NCBI GenBank assembly: GCA_963668645.2
Contig: CAXXWC010000020.1
Coordinates: 1-64,000 of the forward strand
Source of the DNA: Desulfobacterales bacterium
GTDB taxonomy: Bacteria > Desulfobacterota > Desulfobacteria > Desulfobacterales > UBA2174
DNA: 64,000 nucleotides
Direction of reading: 5' to 3'
Shown: positions 39,150-49,409 of the stretch, piece after piece
Position numbering within the stretch: the first letter of the stretch is position 1
Layout: every line of letters starts with the position of its first letter
Notes under the pieces: generated by a model
Told to the model about the DNA's origin: nothing
What the model saw: only the letters and a program-made list of their open reading frames with translations
Databases searched by the model: none
Made by a program: the position numbers and the translations under genes

Positions 39150-40214
39150 TCAGATCCGCCCCCCGGCGATTACCCCGGCGGCCCGGTGCTCCAGGGCCGC
39201 TACGGCAAAGGCGAGCATGGCAAACCGCTTGTCCCGGGTTTGACCGTGAAAGTACCGATAATAGATCTGCTGGGCGATTACCGCCAGCCGGAAAAGGCCG
39301 AAGGTATAATAGAAAACCATATCCTCGATACGGTGTCCAGAGCGCCGGGCATATTCGGCCACCAGCTCGGCCCGGGTCAGGGCGCCGGGAATGTGGGTGG
39401 GCATCATGCGCAGGGCCTGCATTTCCTCACTGTCGCCGGCCTCCACCCAGTAGGCCAGGCTGTTGCCCAGGTCCATGAGCGGATCGCCCACGGTGGCCAT
39501 TTCCCAGTCCAGAATGCCGATGATGCGCACCGGATCGGCCGGATCGAGAACGGCGTTATCCAGCCGGAAATCGTTGTGCACCAGCCCCGGCCGGGGGCTG
39601 TCGGCCGGTTGATGATCGGCGAGCCAGGCCATGACGGCCTCGAAATCCGGCACATCCTCGGTGCGCGCGGCCCGGTAGCGTCCGGACCAGCCCTCCACCT
39701 GGCGCCGGACATAGCCTTCCGGTCGCCCCAGATCCGCCAGGCCCGTTGCATTGTAGTCGATGGCGTGCAGTTCGTGGTGCACCGCCAGAAGATTGGTGCA
39801 CAGGACCCGGGCCCGGTCCGGGGTGTAGTCGAGCCCCCGGGGCAGGTCCTTTCTTAAGATGATCCCCCGGATGCGCTCCATCACGTAAAAAGGAGCGTCC
39901 ATCACCTCGGGGTCCTCGCAAAAGGCCAACGCCTCGGGCACGTAAGGATAGACCGGCTTTAGGGCCTTTATGATCCGGTATTCGCGGCCCATGTCGTGGG
40001 CCGTGGCCGCCTTGGTGCCGAAGGGCGGCCGGCGCAGGACCAGTTCCTTGTGGCCCACGGTGACCAGATAGGTCAGGTTGGAATAGCCGCCGGGAAACTG
40101 GCGCACGGTCACTTTTCCGCGCAGGCCGAGGGTCCGCTCCAGATAGGCGCCGATCCTGCCGGCATCCAGTTCCTCGCCCTCGCGCACGGGAAGGGCCGGA
40201 TCGATGACATCCAT
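39150..40214 (-). CDS. Aminoglycoside phosphotransferase-like kinase (ACAD10/LvaA type)
   Basis: GGYSNLTY, LRRPPFG, AHDMGRE, HNDFRLDN, LDWEM. Confidence 0.9.
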   Translation of the reverse strand: MDVIDPALPVREGEELDAGRIGAYLERTLGLRGKVTVRQFPGGYSNLTYLVTVGHKELVLRRPPFGTKAATAHDMGREYRIIKALKPVYPYVPEALAFCEDPEVMDAPFYVMERIRGIILRKDLPRGLDYTPDRARVLCTNLLAVHHELHAIDYNATGLADLGRPEGYVRRQVEGWSGRYRAARTEDVPDFEAVMAWLADHQPADSPRPGLVHNDFRLDNAVLDPADPVRIIGILDWEMATVGDPLMDLGNSLAYWVEAGDSEEMQALRMMPTHIPGALTRAELVAEYARRSGHRIEDMVFYYTFGLFRLAVIAQQIYYRYFHGQTRDKRFAMLAFAVAALEHRAAGVIAGGRI

Positions 40215-40241
40215 TGAGCCTCCTTGTGGTGTCCGGCGGGC

Positions 40242-40820
40242 TCAGGCCCGCGCGAGTTGAATCAGGAAATTGGGTCCCAGGTCGTCCAGGCGGACCCGGG
40301 AAAATCCCCAGGGTGCCAGCAAAGCGGCGATCTCGCCGGCCGACTGGCGCTGTTCGATGGGCGGCCCCCAGGGCTGGTCCTCTTTTTTGAAGCTGATCAG
40401 CGCCAGCCGGCCTTCGGGCTTCAGCACCCGGTGCACCTCGCCGAAGATCCGCGCGCCGTCTCTTTTCAGATTCAGCACGTGCCATACGGTGGCCAGCAGG
40501 CAGATATCCACCGATGCATCGCGCAGCGGCAGGCCGCGGCGCAGGTCACCCAACAGGGGGCAAAGATTGGCGATGCGCCGCAGGGCCGCCTCGGTCATCA
40601 TCGACCGGAGCACCGGCATCCACGTGTCCAGGGCATAGACCCGCCCGCCGGCGCCGGCCCTGGCCGCCGCTTCCAGGGCGTAGTCGCCCGGACCGCAGCC
40701 CAGATCGAGAAAGACATCCGCCGGCCCGAGCCCCAGGGCGTCGAAAACCAGGGCCGGATCCTGCATCCCGAAGCTGCTCGGACCGTGGCGCGGGGTCTTT
40801 CTCGGGTCGGCGGCCGGCAT
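40242..40820 (-). CDS. Class I SAM-dependent methyltransferase
   Basis: FLDLGCGPGDY, RVLKPEG. Confidence 0.82.
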   Translation of the reverse strand: MPAADPRKTPRHGPSSFGMQDPALVFDALGLGPADVFLDLGCGPGDYALEAAARAGAGGRVYALDTWMPVLRSMMTEAALRRIANLCPLLGDLRRGLPLRDASVDICLLATVWHVLNLKRDGARIFGEVHRVLKPEGRLALISFKKEDQPWGPPIEQRQSAGEIAALLAPWGFSRVRLDDLGPNFLIQLARA

Positions 40821-41524
40821 CAGCCACCCTCCTGCCCGGGGCCGGGCTGGAAGTTTTCCATCAGGGCCAGGACCGCATCGGCGTACCGGTCTACCGTGAT
40901 CTTGCGCCCGGCATGCTTCCAGCGCTTGAGATACCAGTCCTGCAGCATGGCCTTGAGCAGGCCCGCGGCCAGACGAAAATCGCGCTTGGCAATGGCCCCG
41001 GCTTCGGCCGTGGCCTGCAAGAGGTCCTCGAAGAGCTTTTCCGTGGCCAGCTCGCCTTCCATGGTGAGGCGCCGCTCGGCCGGCGGCAGGTGGCGTGCCT
41101 CCATGTAGGCGAAAAAAAACCACGGCTGCATGGCTTCGCTCAGATAGAGGTGGGCCCGCACCCCGGCGCGCAGCCGTTCCACAGGATCGGCGATGCCCTC
41201 CAGGCTCTGTTCCAGAACACGCCGGGTAACGGCGCGGCGCTGGTCCTGGAGCATGGCCAGCAGGTCCTCCTTGCCGGGAAAATAGGCGTAGAGGGCCCCC
41301 ATGCTCATGCCGGTCTCGGCGCTCAGGTCCCGCATGGTCATGGCCGCGAACCCCTTCTGGTTGCCGATCTTGAGGGCCGCAGCGAAGATCCGCTCCAGGT
41401 TGCGCACCACGGTGGCTTCCTTCTTGACGCGGATCGCCCCGGGGTGGCGCGCGAAGACCTCGCGGCACAGCTCGGCCTTGGAAAGATCGACCATCTTTTT
41501 AAATTCGCGGTAGGTCATGGGCAT
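40820..41524 (-). CDS. TetR/AcrR-family regulator
   Basis: GFAAMTMRDLSAETGMSMGALYAYFPGKEDL. Confidence 0.92.
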   Translation of the reverse strand: MPMTYREFKKMVDLSKAELCREVFARHPGAIRVKKEATVVRNLERIFAAALKIGNQKGFAAMTMRDLSAETGMSMGALYAYFPGKEDLLAMLQDQRRAVTRRVLEQSLEGIADPVERLRAGVRAHLYLSEAMQPWFFFAYMEARHLPPAERRLTMEGELATEKLFEDLLQATAEAGAIAKRDFRLAAGLLKAMLQDWYLKRWKHAGRKITVDRYADAVLALMENFQPGPGQEGG

Positions 41525-41594
41525 GATCCATCGGATCGGTCGGATCCGACGGATCGGACCGATCTATAAAAAGCGCCGCCGTGCCGTCGATCCA

Positions 41595-42800
41595 TCAGCG
41601 CACCTGCCGCCCTTCGTAGCCTTTCAGGATCTGGCGCGCCGCGGACACCTTGTGCACCTCGTCGGCCCCGTCGTAGATCCGCGCGGCCCGCTCGTGGCGA
41701 AAGAAAAAGGCCAGCACCGTGTCGTCGGTCATGCCCAGACCGCCGTGGACCTGCAGGGCCCGGTCGATGACCCGCTGCATGGTGTTGGCCACGGTGAACT
41801 TGATCAGCGATATCTCGCGGCGAGCCGCCTTGTTCCCCTCGCGGTCCATCTTCCAGGCCGCGTGGAGAACCATCAGGCGGGCCGCCTCGATCTCGGCAGC
41901 CGATTCCGCGATCCAGGACTGGATGATCTGTTTGCGGGCCAGGGTCCGGCCCGGGCTGATCTCGCGGGTCAGGGCCCGGTGGCACATCAGGTCGAAGGCC
42001 CGGCGGCAGATCCCCAGCCAGCGCATGCAGTGGTGGATGCGCCCGGGCCCGAGGCGCTCCTGGGCGATGACGAACCCGTGGCCCCGGGGACCGAGAAGGT
42101 TTTCGGCCGGCACGCGGCAGTCCTGGTAGAGGATCTCGCCGTGGCTGAAGTAATCCTCGCCCGCATGGCCCATGACCGGGATGTTGCGCACCAGGTTGAA
42201 GCCCGGCGCATCGGTGGGCACGATGATCATGCTGGCCTGAAGATAGGGGCTGGCCTCGGGGTCGGTCCTGGCCATGACGATGGCAAAGGCGGCCCCGTCG
42301 GCCGCGGTGGTGTACCATTTCTGGCCGTTGATCACCCACTGGTCGCCATCGAGAACCGCGCTGGTGTCCATCATCACCGGGTTGGAGCCGGCCAGGTTGA
42401 CCTCGGTCATGGAAAAGCAGCTGCGGATCGTTCCGTCCACCAGGGGCCCGAGATATTTTTCTTTCTGGGCCGCGGTGCCGTGAAGGTGCAGGATCTCGAC
42501 GTTGCCGGCGTCCGGCGCATGGCAGCCGAATACGAAATGCCCCAGGGGGCTGCGGCCCAGGGCCTCGGAAACCAGGCCGTGCTCCACCAGCCCGAGTCCC
42601 ATGCCGCCGAATTCCACCGGGTGGTTGGGGGCCCAGAGCTCCATCTGCTTGACCATGCGCCGCTTTTCCTCGATCACGGGCAACAGGGCCGTAAAAGGCC
42701 GGTTGAGAAACTCGGGCTCCAGGGGGATGAGTTCCTTTTCGACAAACTCGTCGATCATCTCCAGCACGATCTGCATCTTTTCCGAAATGCCGAAATCCAT
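41595..42800 (-). CDS. Acyl-CoA dehydrogenase (ACAD10/11-like)
   Basis: APDAGNVE, FSMTE, RLGPGRIHHCMR, RIYDGADEVH. Confidence 0.95.
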   Translation of the reverse strand: MDFGISEKMQIVLEMIDEFVEKELIPLEPEFLNRPFTALLPVIEEKRRMVKQMELWAPNHPVEFGGMGLGLVEHGLVSEALGRSPLGHFVFGCHAPDAGNVEILHLHGTAAQKEKYLGPLVDGTIRSCFSMTEVNLAGSNPVMMDTSAVLDGDQWVINGQKWYTTAADGAAFAIVMARTDPEASPYLQASMIIVPTDAPGFNLVRNIPVMGHAGEDYFSHGEILYQDCRVPAENLLGPRGHGFVIAQERLGPGRIHHCMRWLGICRRAFDLMCHRALTREISPGRTLARKQIIQSWIAESAAEIEAARLMVLHAAWKMDREGNKAARREISLIKFTVANTMQRVIDRALQVHGGLGMTDDTVLAFFFRHERAARIYDGADEVHKVSAARQILKGYEGRQVR

Positions 42801-42810
42801 AGCACCGCTC

Positions 42811-43512
42811 CTAGAACAGGGTTTTCAGCCCGTCATCGGCCTCCAGGTCGAGATGGGCCGTAAGATTGAAGCTATTCAGGCGCATGCGCCCGCCGCCGGT
42901 CTCAAGCACCGACACCGAAGTGTTGAGGATCTTCCAGCCGAGTTCCACCGCCACGGCCGGATCAAGGTTCAAGGCGGCTTGCAGGGCTACGGCGATGGTG
43001 CCGCCAGAGGTGAAGACCACCGCCCGGTCCATGCCTGCGGCCGCCTGGGCCACCCGCTCCAGCCCCCGCTGCACCCTGGCCACAAAACGGCCGAAAACGT
43101 CGTCCGCCTCCGCGCCCCCGGCCAGGCTGTTCTTCAACGCCAGGGTCATCACCTCGCAAAAGGCGGCCGCGTCATGGTTCCGCAGCCGGTAGGTGCCGGC
43201 AAGATGGGGATGTTCGGCCAAAAGCCGCTCGCGCTGGGCCGCCAGGATCCGGTCGGTATCGATCTCTTCCAGTTCATGGATGATCCGGGGTGAAAACCTC
43301 TCCTTTTCCGGCGCCATGGCGGCCATGGCATGGTGGGCCGTTTGGCGGTGGCGCCGCAGGGGTCCGCTGAAAACGGCGTCGAAGCGCATCCCGGTACGGC
43401 GCCAGTACCGGCCCAGCAGGCGGCACTGGCGCCGGCCAAGATCGGAGAGGCGGTCGTAGTCGGCCGCGCCGAAAGAGGCCTGGCCGTGGCGGATCAGGTA
43501 AATTTGGCTCAT
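42811..43512 (-). CDS. Histidine phosphatase-family protein
   Basis: LIRHGQASFG, VFTSGG. Confidence 0.9.
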   Translation of the reverse strand: MSQIYLIRHGQASFGAADYDRLSDLGRRQCRLLGRYWRRTGMRFDAVFSGPLRRHRQTAHHAMAAMAPEKERFSPRIIHELEEIDTDRILAAQRERLLAEHPHLAGTYRLRNHDAAAFCEVMTLALKNSLAGGAEADDVFGRFVARVQRGLERVAQAAAGMDRAVVFTSGGTIAVALQAALNLDPAVAVELGWKILNTSVSVLETGGGRMRLNSFNLTAHLDLEADDGLKTLF

Positions 43513-43603
43513 GCGCGTCTCGGCTCGACCTCCGCCGGGATCACCGGCAAGGAAAGGATTGGATAAAATCATTTCTGCCGATTTAGCCTTATCCGGCGCG
43601 GCT

Positions 43604-43645
43604 TGTCAATCAATAAAACGAACGAACGCTCGCTTTTTATTGACA
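43604..43645. promoter_or_regulatory. Divergent promoter region with an inverted repeat, candidate TetR operator
   Basis: TGTCAA (minus-strand TTGACA) and TTGACA flank CAATAAAACGAACGAACGCTCGCTTTTTATTG. Confidence 0.55.
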
Positions 43646-43675
43646 GGTTTTGGATCTTTTCCTATGGTGCCAGTG

Positions 43676-44461
43676 ATGAAACTTCTCGTCTGTGTCAAAG
43701 AGGTTCCAGCCCCCGAGTCACCGCTCGGCCTGTCCGCCGACGGCAAGTGCATTGCACCGCTGGGGGCGCCGGAACGGCGTCTGGGCCGCTACGACGCCTG
43801 CGCCCTGGAGGCGGCCTTGCAGCTCGCCGAACAGGCTGCGGGCGTCCGGGTGGATGTGGTTACCGTGGGGCCGGCCGAAGCGGCCCAGGGATTGCGCCGG
43901 GCTTTAGGCATGGGGGCCGGAGCGGCCCTGCACATCGTTGCCCAAGAAGAGGCCGGCGACCCGTACCGGGTGGCCGCCGCCATCGCGGCCGCCGAAAAGA
44001 CCCCCTACGACCTGATCCTGACCGGCGCCATGAGCGAGGATCTGATGCAGGCCGCCGTGGGGCCGACCCTGGCGGCCCTGCTCGACCGGCCCTGCGCCAC
44101 CGAAGTGGTGGCGCTGCGCATCGATGCCGACGGCACGGCGCTGACGGCCGAAGAGGAGCGCGAGGGCGGGGCGCGAAACCTGGTCCGGCTCTGTCTGCCG
44201 GCCGTGCTCACCATCCAGAGCGGGGCCTGGGTGCCGCGCTATCCGTCCCTTTCCGGCCTGCTCAAGGCCCGGCGCCGGACGATCCCGAGCATCGCGATGG
44301 CGGATCTGGTACCGGAGCCGCCGCGCACGCGCATCACCGGCTTCCATCTTCCGCCCCGGACCCGCCAGGGACGCATCATAGAGGGGAGCCCGGCCGAAAA
44401 GGCCGCCCGGCTGGCAAAGATTCTTCGCCAGCGCGGCTTTCTTGCCGGAGGGGCCCCATGA
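43676..44461 (+). CDS. etfB: Electron transfer flavoprotein beta subunit
   Basis: MKLLVCVKEVP, ALGMGA, PRYPSL. Confidence 0.9.
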   Translation: MKLLVCVKEVPAPESPLGLSADGKCIAPLGAPERRLGRYDACALEAALQLAEQAAGVRVDVVTVGPAEAAQGLRRALGMGAGAALHIVAQEEAGDPYRVAAAIAAAEKTPYDLILTGAMSEDLMQAAVGPTLAALLDRPCATEVVALRIDADGTALTAEEEREGGARNLVRLCLPAVLTIQSGAWVPRYPSLSGLLKARRRTIPSIAMADLVPEPPRTRITGFHLPPRTRQGRIIEGSPAEKAARLAKILRQRGFLAGGAP

Positions 44462-45456
44462 CCGCCCCTGCCCTGGCCCTCATCCTGCCCCACCAAAACG
44501 GCCGCCTGCTGGATGCCGCCAGGACCCTGGCCGCCTGTGCCGGGACCATCACCGCCCTTTTTCCGGCGCCGGTCCTGGCTGTCGTGGCCGGCCCCGATCC
44601 CGGCCCAGCGGCCGATCAGGCGGCCCGGGACCTGGGCCTTTGCGTCACGGCCCTGGAAATTCCCCACAGCACCGATTCCTGCGACGGGGTTGCGGTGGCC
44701 GAACTGGCGGCCCTGCTGCGATCCTGGCACCCGGCCTGGGTCCTGGCGGCTGACAGCGCCGCCGGCCGCCATCTGGCACCGGTCCTGGCCGCCCGGCTCG
44801 CGGCGGCCTACGTTCCCGGGGTGGAGGCCGTCGAAAGCGACAGTGCCGGCATCCGCTTGACACGGGCCGTGCACGGGGGCAAGTTCAGAGCCGTTTTGCG
44901 CGTCGAGACCGCCGCTGCCGTGATAACGGTGGCCAACGGCGCCTTTGGAGAGCCCGCCACCGCCTTTGACCATTGCCCGCAAGTGACCCGGCACCTGGGC
45001 CGTGCCGTGGATCAGCGCCGCTGCCGCCTGGAACGGCGCCCCGCCGGCCGCCCGGACCCCGGCCTGAACCAGGCCCGGGTGGTGGTGACCGCCGGCAGCG
45101 GAATCGGCGCGGCGGATCGGCTCGATCTGATCCGGGCCCTGGCCCACCGGCTCGACAAGGCCGCCGTAGCCGGATCGCGCCCGGTCTGCGACCGGGGCTG
45201 GCTGCCGTACAACCGCCAGGTCGGCATCACCGGGGCCACCGTGGCGCCGGCCCTCTATCTTGCCTGCGGGATTTCCGGGGCGGCCCAGCACATCGCCGGC
45301 ATGTCCGGCGCAGGCCTGGTAGTGGCCATCAACAAGGACCCCAGGGCCGCGATTTTCCAGCATGCCGACCTCGGCGTGGTGGAAGACCTGACGACCTTCC
45401 TGCCGCTGCTTGCCGAGGCCTGCCGGCCTGAGGGCGCTGCAGCAGATCGACATTGA
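44458..45456 (+). CDS. etfA: Electron transfer flavoprotein alpha subunit
   Basis: RQVGITG, LYLACGISGAAQHIAGM, AINKD. Confidence 0.92.
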   Translation: MTAPALALILPHQNGRLLDAARTLAACAGTITALFPAPVLAVVAGPDPGPAADQAARDLGLCVTALEIPHSTDSCDGVAVAELAALLRSWHPAWVLAADSAAGRHLAPVLAARLAAAYVPGVEAVESDSAGIRLTRAVHGGKFRAVLRVETAAAVITVANGAFGEPATAFDHCPQVTRHLGRAVDQRRCRLERRPAGRPDPGLNQARVVVTAGSGIGAADRLDLIRALAHRLDKAAVAGSRPVCDRGWLPYNRQVGITGATVAPALYLACGISGAAQHIAGMSGAGLVVAINKDPRAAIFQHADLGVVEDLTTFLPLLAEACRPEGAAADRH

Positions 45457-45462
45457 AAAAGG

Positions 45463-46404
45463 ATGGCTCAATTGAAATGCGACCGGATTCAAAAAACGCT
45501 GGTGATCGGCGCCGGCACCATGGGCTGCCAGGTGGCCTGGCTCTTTGCGGTCAATGGGCTGGCGGTGTCGGTCTACGATGCTTCGCCCGAGGCCCTGGAG
45601 GCTTTGCCGGCAGGGCTGGAAAGACTTTCCCGGCGCTTTGTTAAACTCCACCGGCTTTCCCCGGACCAGGCCGGCCAGGCCATGGAGCGTATCCGGATCA
45701 CCGCCGACCCGGATGCGGCCGCCGCCGGCGCCGACCTGCTGAGCGAGTCGGTTCCCGAAGACCCGGATCTCAAGGGGCGCGTGCTGGCCGATTTTCACCG
45801 CCGCTGCCCGCCGCACACCGTCTTTACCACCAACACTTCCACCCTGGTGCCGTCCCAGTTCGCCCCGGCCAGCGGCCGCCCAGAACGGTTGGCGGCCTTG
45901 CACTTTCACGACGTGTCGCTGTCGCTCATCGTGGACGTGATGCCCCATGCGGGAACCGATCCGGCCATCGTCGAACTGCTGGCGGACTTTTGCCGGCGCC
46001 TCGGCCAGGTGCCCATCGTCCTGGCCCGCGAAAGCAGCGGCTATGTCTTCAATGCCATGCTCTCGCACCTCTTCGAGGCCGCCCTGACCCTGGCCGCCAG
46101 GGGGGTGGCCTCGGTGCCGGACATCGACCGCTCCTGGATGGGGGTCACCTACATGCCCGCCGGTCCCTTCGGGATCATGGACAGCATCGGCCTTCCAACG
46201 GTGCACCGGATCTGCGCCTACTGGGCCGCGCGCAGCGACGATTCCCAGGCCCGGGCCAACGCCGCCTTTGTGGAGCGCATGGTGGCTGCCGGCCGTCTGG
46301 GCATTAAAAACGGCAAGGGCTTTTACACCTACCCGGATCCGGCCTTCCGGCATCCGGATTTTCTGACCGCTACGGATAAAACCGCCAAGGGAGAAACCCC
46401 ATGA
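45463..46404 (+). CDS. 3-hydroxyacyl-CoA dehydrogenase
   Basis: GAGTMG, ESVPED, TNTSTL, GPFGIMDSIGL, GKGFYTY. Confidence 0.92.
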   Translation: MAQLKCDRIQKTLVIGAGTMGCQVAWLFAVNGLAVSVYDASPEALEALPAGLERLSRRFVKLHRLSPDQAGQAMERIRITADPDAAAAGADLLSESVPEDPDLKGRVLADFHRRCPPHTVFTTNTSTLVPSQFAPASGRPERLAALHFHDVSLSLIVDVMPHAGTDPAIVELLADFCRRLGQVPIVLARESSGYVFNAMLSHLFEAALTLAARGVASVPDIDRSWMGVTYMPAGPFGIMDSIGLPTVHRICAYWAARSDDSQARANAAFVERMVAAGRLGIKNGKGFYTYPDPAFRHPDFLTATDKTAKGETP

Positions 46405-47744
46405 ACCAGCACCGCGTATCCATCGTGCGCTACCAGGCCCCGGGCGACTCGGTCCGCCGGGCGGTGGACCTGGCCGGCGGCCTGCCCGCTTTGCCATCGG
46501 GCGCGAAGGTTTTTATCAAGCCGAACATCGTCTACTGGACCCGGGCGGTGCCTTTTCCCAAGTGGGGGGTGATCACCACCAGCCGGGTGGTCGAAGACAT
46601 GGTCGCGCTGCTCAAAGAGCAGGGCATCGCGCATATCACCATCGGTGAAGGCGTGGTCACCGCCGATCCCAAGGATGTGGAGACCCCGGCCCACGCCTTT
46701 GCCACCCTCGGCTACGAGACCCTGGCCCGGCGCTACGGGATCAGGACCCTCAACGTCATGGCAGGGCGTTTCACCCCGGTGGATATCGGCGGCGGCATCA
46801 CGCTGAACTTTTGCACCGACGCGCTGGAAAGCGACCTGATCGTCGACCTGCCGGTACTCAAGACGCACAACCAGACGGTGGTCAGCCTGGGGATCAAAAA
46901 CCTCAAGGGGCTCATCGACATCCGGTCGCGCAAAAAGTGCCACCGCGTCGACCCCCAGGCCGACCTGCACGCTATGGTGGCCCGCCTGGCCGACGGCCTG
47001 CCGCCGGTTTTTGCCCTCGTCGACGGCATCTATTCCTGTGAAAGAGGGCCGGCCTTCGACGGCAAGATGCACCGCAGCGACCTGCTGATCGCCTCGGCCG
47101 ATGTGCTCAGCGCGGACATGGTCGGGGCCCGGGTCCTGGGCCACGAGCCGGCCGATGTACCCTACCTGGCCCGGGCGGCATCCAACCACGGCCGGCCCGT
47201 GGATCTTTCCGACATCCAGGTCGCGGGAGAACCGGTCGCAGCGGTGGCACGGCCCCACGCTTACGACTTCGACTACGCCCAGGACGAAGACGGCAACTGG
47301 CTGCCCCTGCCGCTTCTCAAGCAGGGGATCCGCGGCATCTCCTACCCCAAGTACGACCTTTCCATGTGCACCTACTGTTCGGGGATCAACGGGCTGGTGC
47401 TCTCGGCGATCCGCTACGCCTGGAAAGGCGAACCCTTCGACGACGTCGAAGTGCTCACCGGCAAGGCCATGGCCCCCACGCCGGGCAGGAAAAAGACCAT
47501 CCTGCTGGGCAAATGCATGTACCAGGCCCACAAGAACAATCCCGAAATCAACGAGATGATCGCCGTCAAGGGGTGCCCGCCCAAGGCGGAACAGATCGTC
47601 GAGGCCCTGCACCAGGCCGGAATCGCGGCCGACCCGGCCCTGTTCGCCAACAAGGACCAGCTGCCCGGCTTCTTCATGGCCCGCTACCAGGGCAAGCCGG
47701 AGTTCGACGAGGCGTTTTTCCGCGTGGCACAGAGCCAGGGGTAG
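46401..47744 (+). CDS. DUF362-domain Fe-S protein
   Basis: IKPNIV, PVLKTH, LGIKNLKG, C-terminal CTYC and GCPP. Confidence 0.82.
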   Translation: MNQHRVSIVRYQAPGDSVRRAVDLAGGLPALPSGAKVFIKPNIVYWTRAVPFPKWGVITTSRVVEDMVALLKEQGIAHITIGEGVVTADPKDVETPAHAFATLGYETLARRYGIRTLNVMAGRFTPVDIGGGITLNFCTDALESDLIVDLPVLKTHNQTVVSLGIKNLKGLIDIRSRKKCHRVDPQADLHAMVARLADGLPPVFALVDGIYSCERGPAFDGKMHRSDLLIASADVLSADMVGARVLGHEPADVPYLARAASNHGRPVDLSDIQVAGEPVAAVARPHAYDFDYAQDEDGNWLPLPLLKQGIRGISYPKYDLSMCTYCSGINGLVLSAIRYAWKGEPFDDVEVLTGKAMAPTPGRKKTILLGKCMYQAHKNNPEINEMIAVKGCPPKAEQIVEALHQAGIAADPALFANKDQLPGFFMARYQGKPEFDEAFFRVAQSQG

Positions 47745-47902
47745 TCACAGTTCATGACTTTAGGGCTTTGGCGGACGGATTCCACCCTATCAACCCAAAA
47801 AGTGACAAACAATTTTGGCTTTTAGTTTCTACTTGGTATAATCCCACTGTTATGCAGACTCCCATTCACAGTCACAACCCAAACGAAAGGAGAACCACTC
47901 CC

Positions 47903-48313
47903 ATGGCCAAGATGACCCCCCGCATCCGGGAACTTTTCGAAAAAGTACCTTCCGCCGTTTTTGCCACCGCCGGCCTCGACGGCACCCCCAACGCGGTGCC
48001 CGTTGGCACCAAAAAAGTCATAGACGATGACACCGTGCTGATTTCCGACCAGTTTTTCAACAAGACCCGTGCCAACCTTGAGGCCAACCCCCGGGTATCC
48101 ATCACCTTCTGGGAGGGCAAGGAAGGCTACCAGATCAAAGGCTTCGCAACGATCGAGACCGAAGGGGAGCGGTTTGAGGAAACGGCCCGCTGGATCGAAG
48201 AGCTTGGCAACAGGGCGGGCTTTCCCCTCAAATCCAAAGGGGCCGTCATCGTGAAGATCGAGGCGGTTTATGCGATTTCGCCCGGGCCAGGCGCCGGACG
48301 GCAATTGGCGTGA
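47903..48313 (+). CDS. Pyridoxamine 5'-phosphate oxidase-like FMN-binding protein
   Basis: GTPNAVPVG, FFNKTRANLEANP, GYQIKG; AGGAG RBS. Confidence 0.85.
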   Translation: MAKMTPRIRELFEKVPSAVFATAGLDGTPNAVPVGTKKVIDDDTVLISDQFFNKTRANLEANPRVSITFWEGKEGYQIKGFATIETEGERFEETARWIEELGNRAGFPLKSKGAVIVKIEAVYAISPGPGAGRQLA

Positions 48314-49389
48314 CAACGACGAGTGTCCTGACCGTACGCGCCGGCCAGCGGGCCCGCCAGATCCTCTGCGACGAGGGGCTGCGCCCCGAGCGGGTGCGCG
48401 TGGTGGCCGGGGCCGCCGGCGGGCCCAAATGGCTGGTGCTCAACGGCCTGGACCGGTTCCTGTTCGGCGGCTGGCTCGGCAGGGCCCGGCAGCCTTTGTT
48501 TCTGGTGGGCTCGTCCATCGGGGCCTGGCGTTTTGCCGCAGCGGCCACCGAAAACCCGGCGGCCGCCATCGAGCGCTTCGAGACGGCTTACATCGGCCAG
48601 CGCTACCGCCGGCTCCCGACATTCGAGGAGGTCTCGGCCCAGAGCCGGCGGATTCAGACGACTTTTCTCGGCCCGGGGGGCGAGGCGCAGGTCTTGTCTC
48701 ACCCCCGGCTGCGTCTCAACGTGCTGGCGGTGCGCTGCCGGGGGAGCTGGATCGAAGACGGACCATGGCGGCTTGCAGGCCACCTGGCAACGGCGGCAAC
48801 GGCCAACTTCGTCTCCCGGCGTCTTTTGGGGCTGTTCTTCGAGCGGGTGCTCTTCTACGATCCGCGGGACCGGCCGCCGTTTTTCGAGATGGGCGGATTT
48901 CCCCTGCGGTGCATCCCCCTGACCGTCCAGAACCTGGTCCCGGCCCTGCTGGCCTCCGGGGCCGTCCCCCTGCTCATGGCCGGTGTACGCGGGATCGCCG
49001 GCGGCCCGCAAGGGATCTACCGGGACGGCGGGCTGATCGACTACCACGTGGACATCCCCTTCGGCACCGGCCCGGACGAGATCGTTCTTTTTCCCCACTA
49101 CACCCAGCGCATTGCCCCCGGCTGGTTCGACAAGCACCTGGCCTGGCGCCGGCCGTCCCCGGCACACATGCAAAACGTGGTGCAAATCGCCCCCTCGCCG
49201 GAGTTCGTCAAAAGCCTGCCTTACGGCAAGATCCCGGACCGCCAGGATTTTTTCACCTTCAAGGACCACGACGGGCAGCGCATCGCCTACTGGCACGAGG
49301 TGGTGCGCCAAAGCCGGCGCCTGGCCGAGGCCTTTGCCGAACTGGCCGCCGCCGGTCCCTTGGCCGACCGGGTCTACCCCCTGGAGTGA
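48310..49389 (+). CDS. Patatin-like phospholipase/hydrolase
   Basis: GAAGGPKW, GSSIG, YRDGG. Confidence 0.82.
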   Translation: MTTTSVLTVRAGQRARQILCDEGLRPERVRVVAGAAGGPKWLVLNGLDRFLFGGWLGRARQPLFLVGSSIGAWRFAAAATENPAAAIERFETAYIGQRYRRLPTFEEVSAQSRRIQTTFLGPGGEAQVLSHPRLRLNVLAVRCRGSWIEDGPWRLAGHLATAATANFVSRRLLGLFFERVLFYDPRDRPPFFEMGGFPLRCIPLTVQNLVPALLASGAVPLLMAGVRGIAGGPQGIYRDGGLIDYHVDIPFGTGPDEIVLFPHYTQRIAPGWFDKHLAWRRPSPAHMQNVVQIAPSPEFVKSLPYGKIPDRQDFFTFKDHDGQRIAYWHEVVRQSRRLAEAFAELAAAGPLADRVYPLE

Positions 49390-49409
49390 GCGCAGGCCTC
49401 GTTTGCGGG

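Noticed and set aside
39150..40214. Aminoglycoside resistance gene
   Set aside because: Motifs and the ACAD neighbourhood indicate the ACAD10/LvaA-type metabolic kinase
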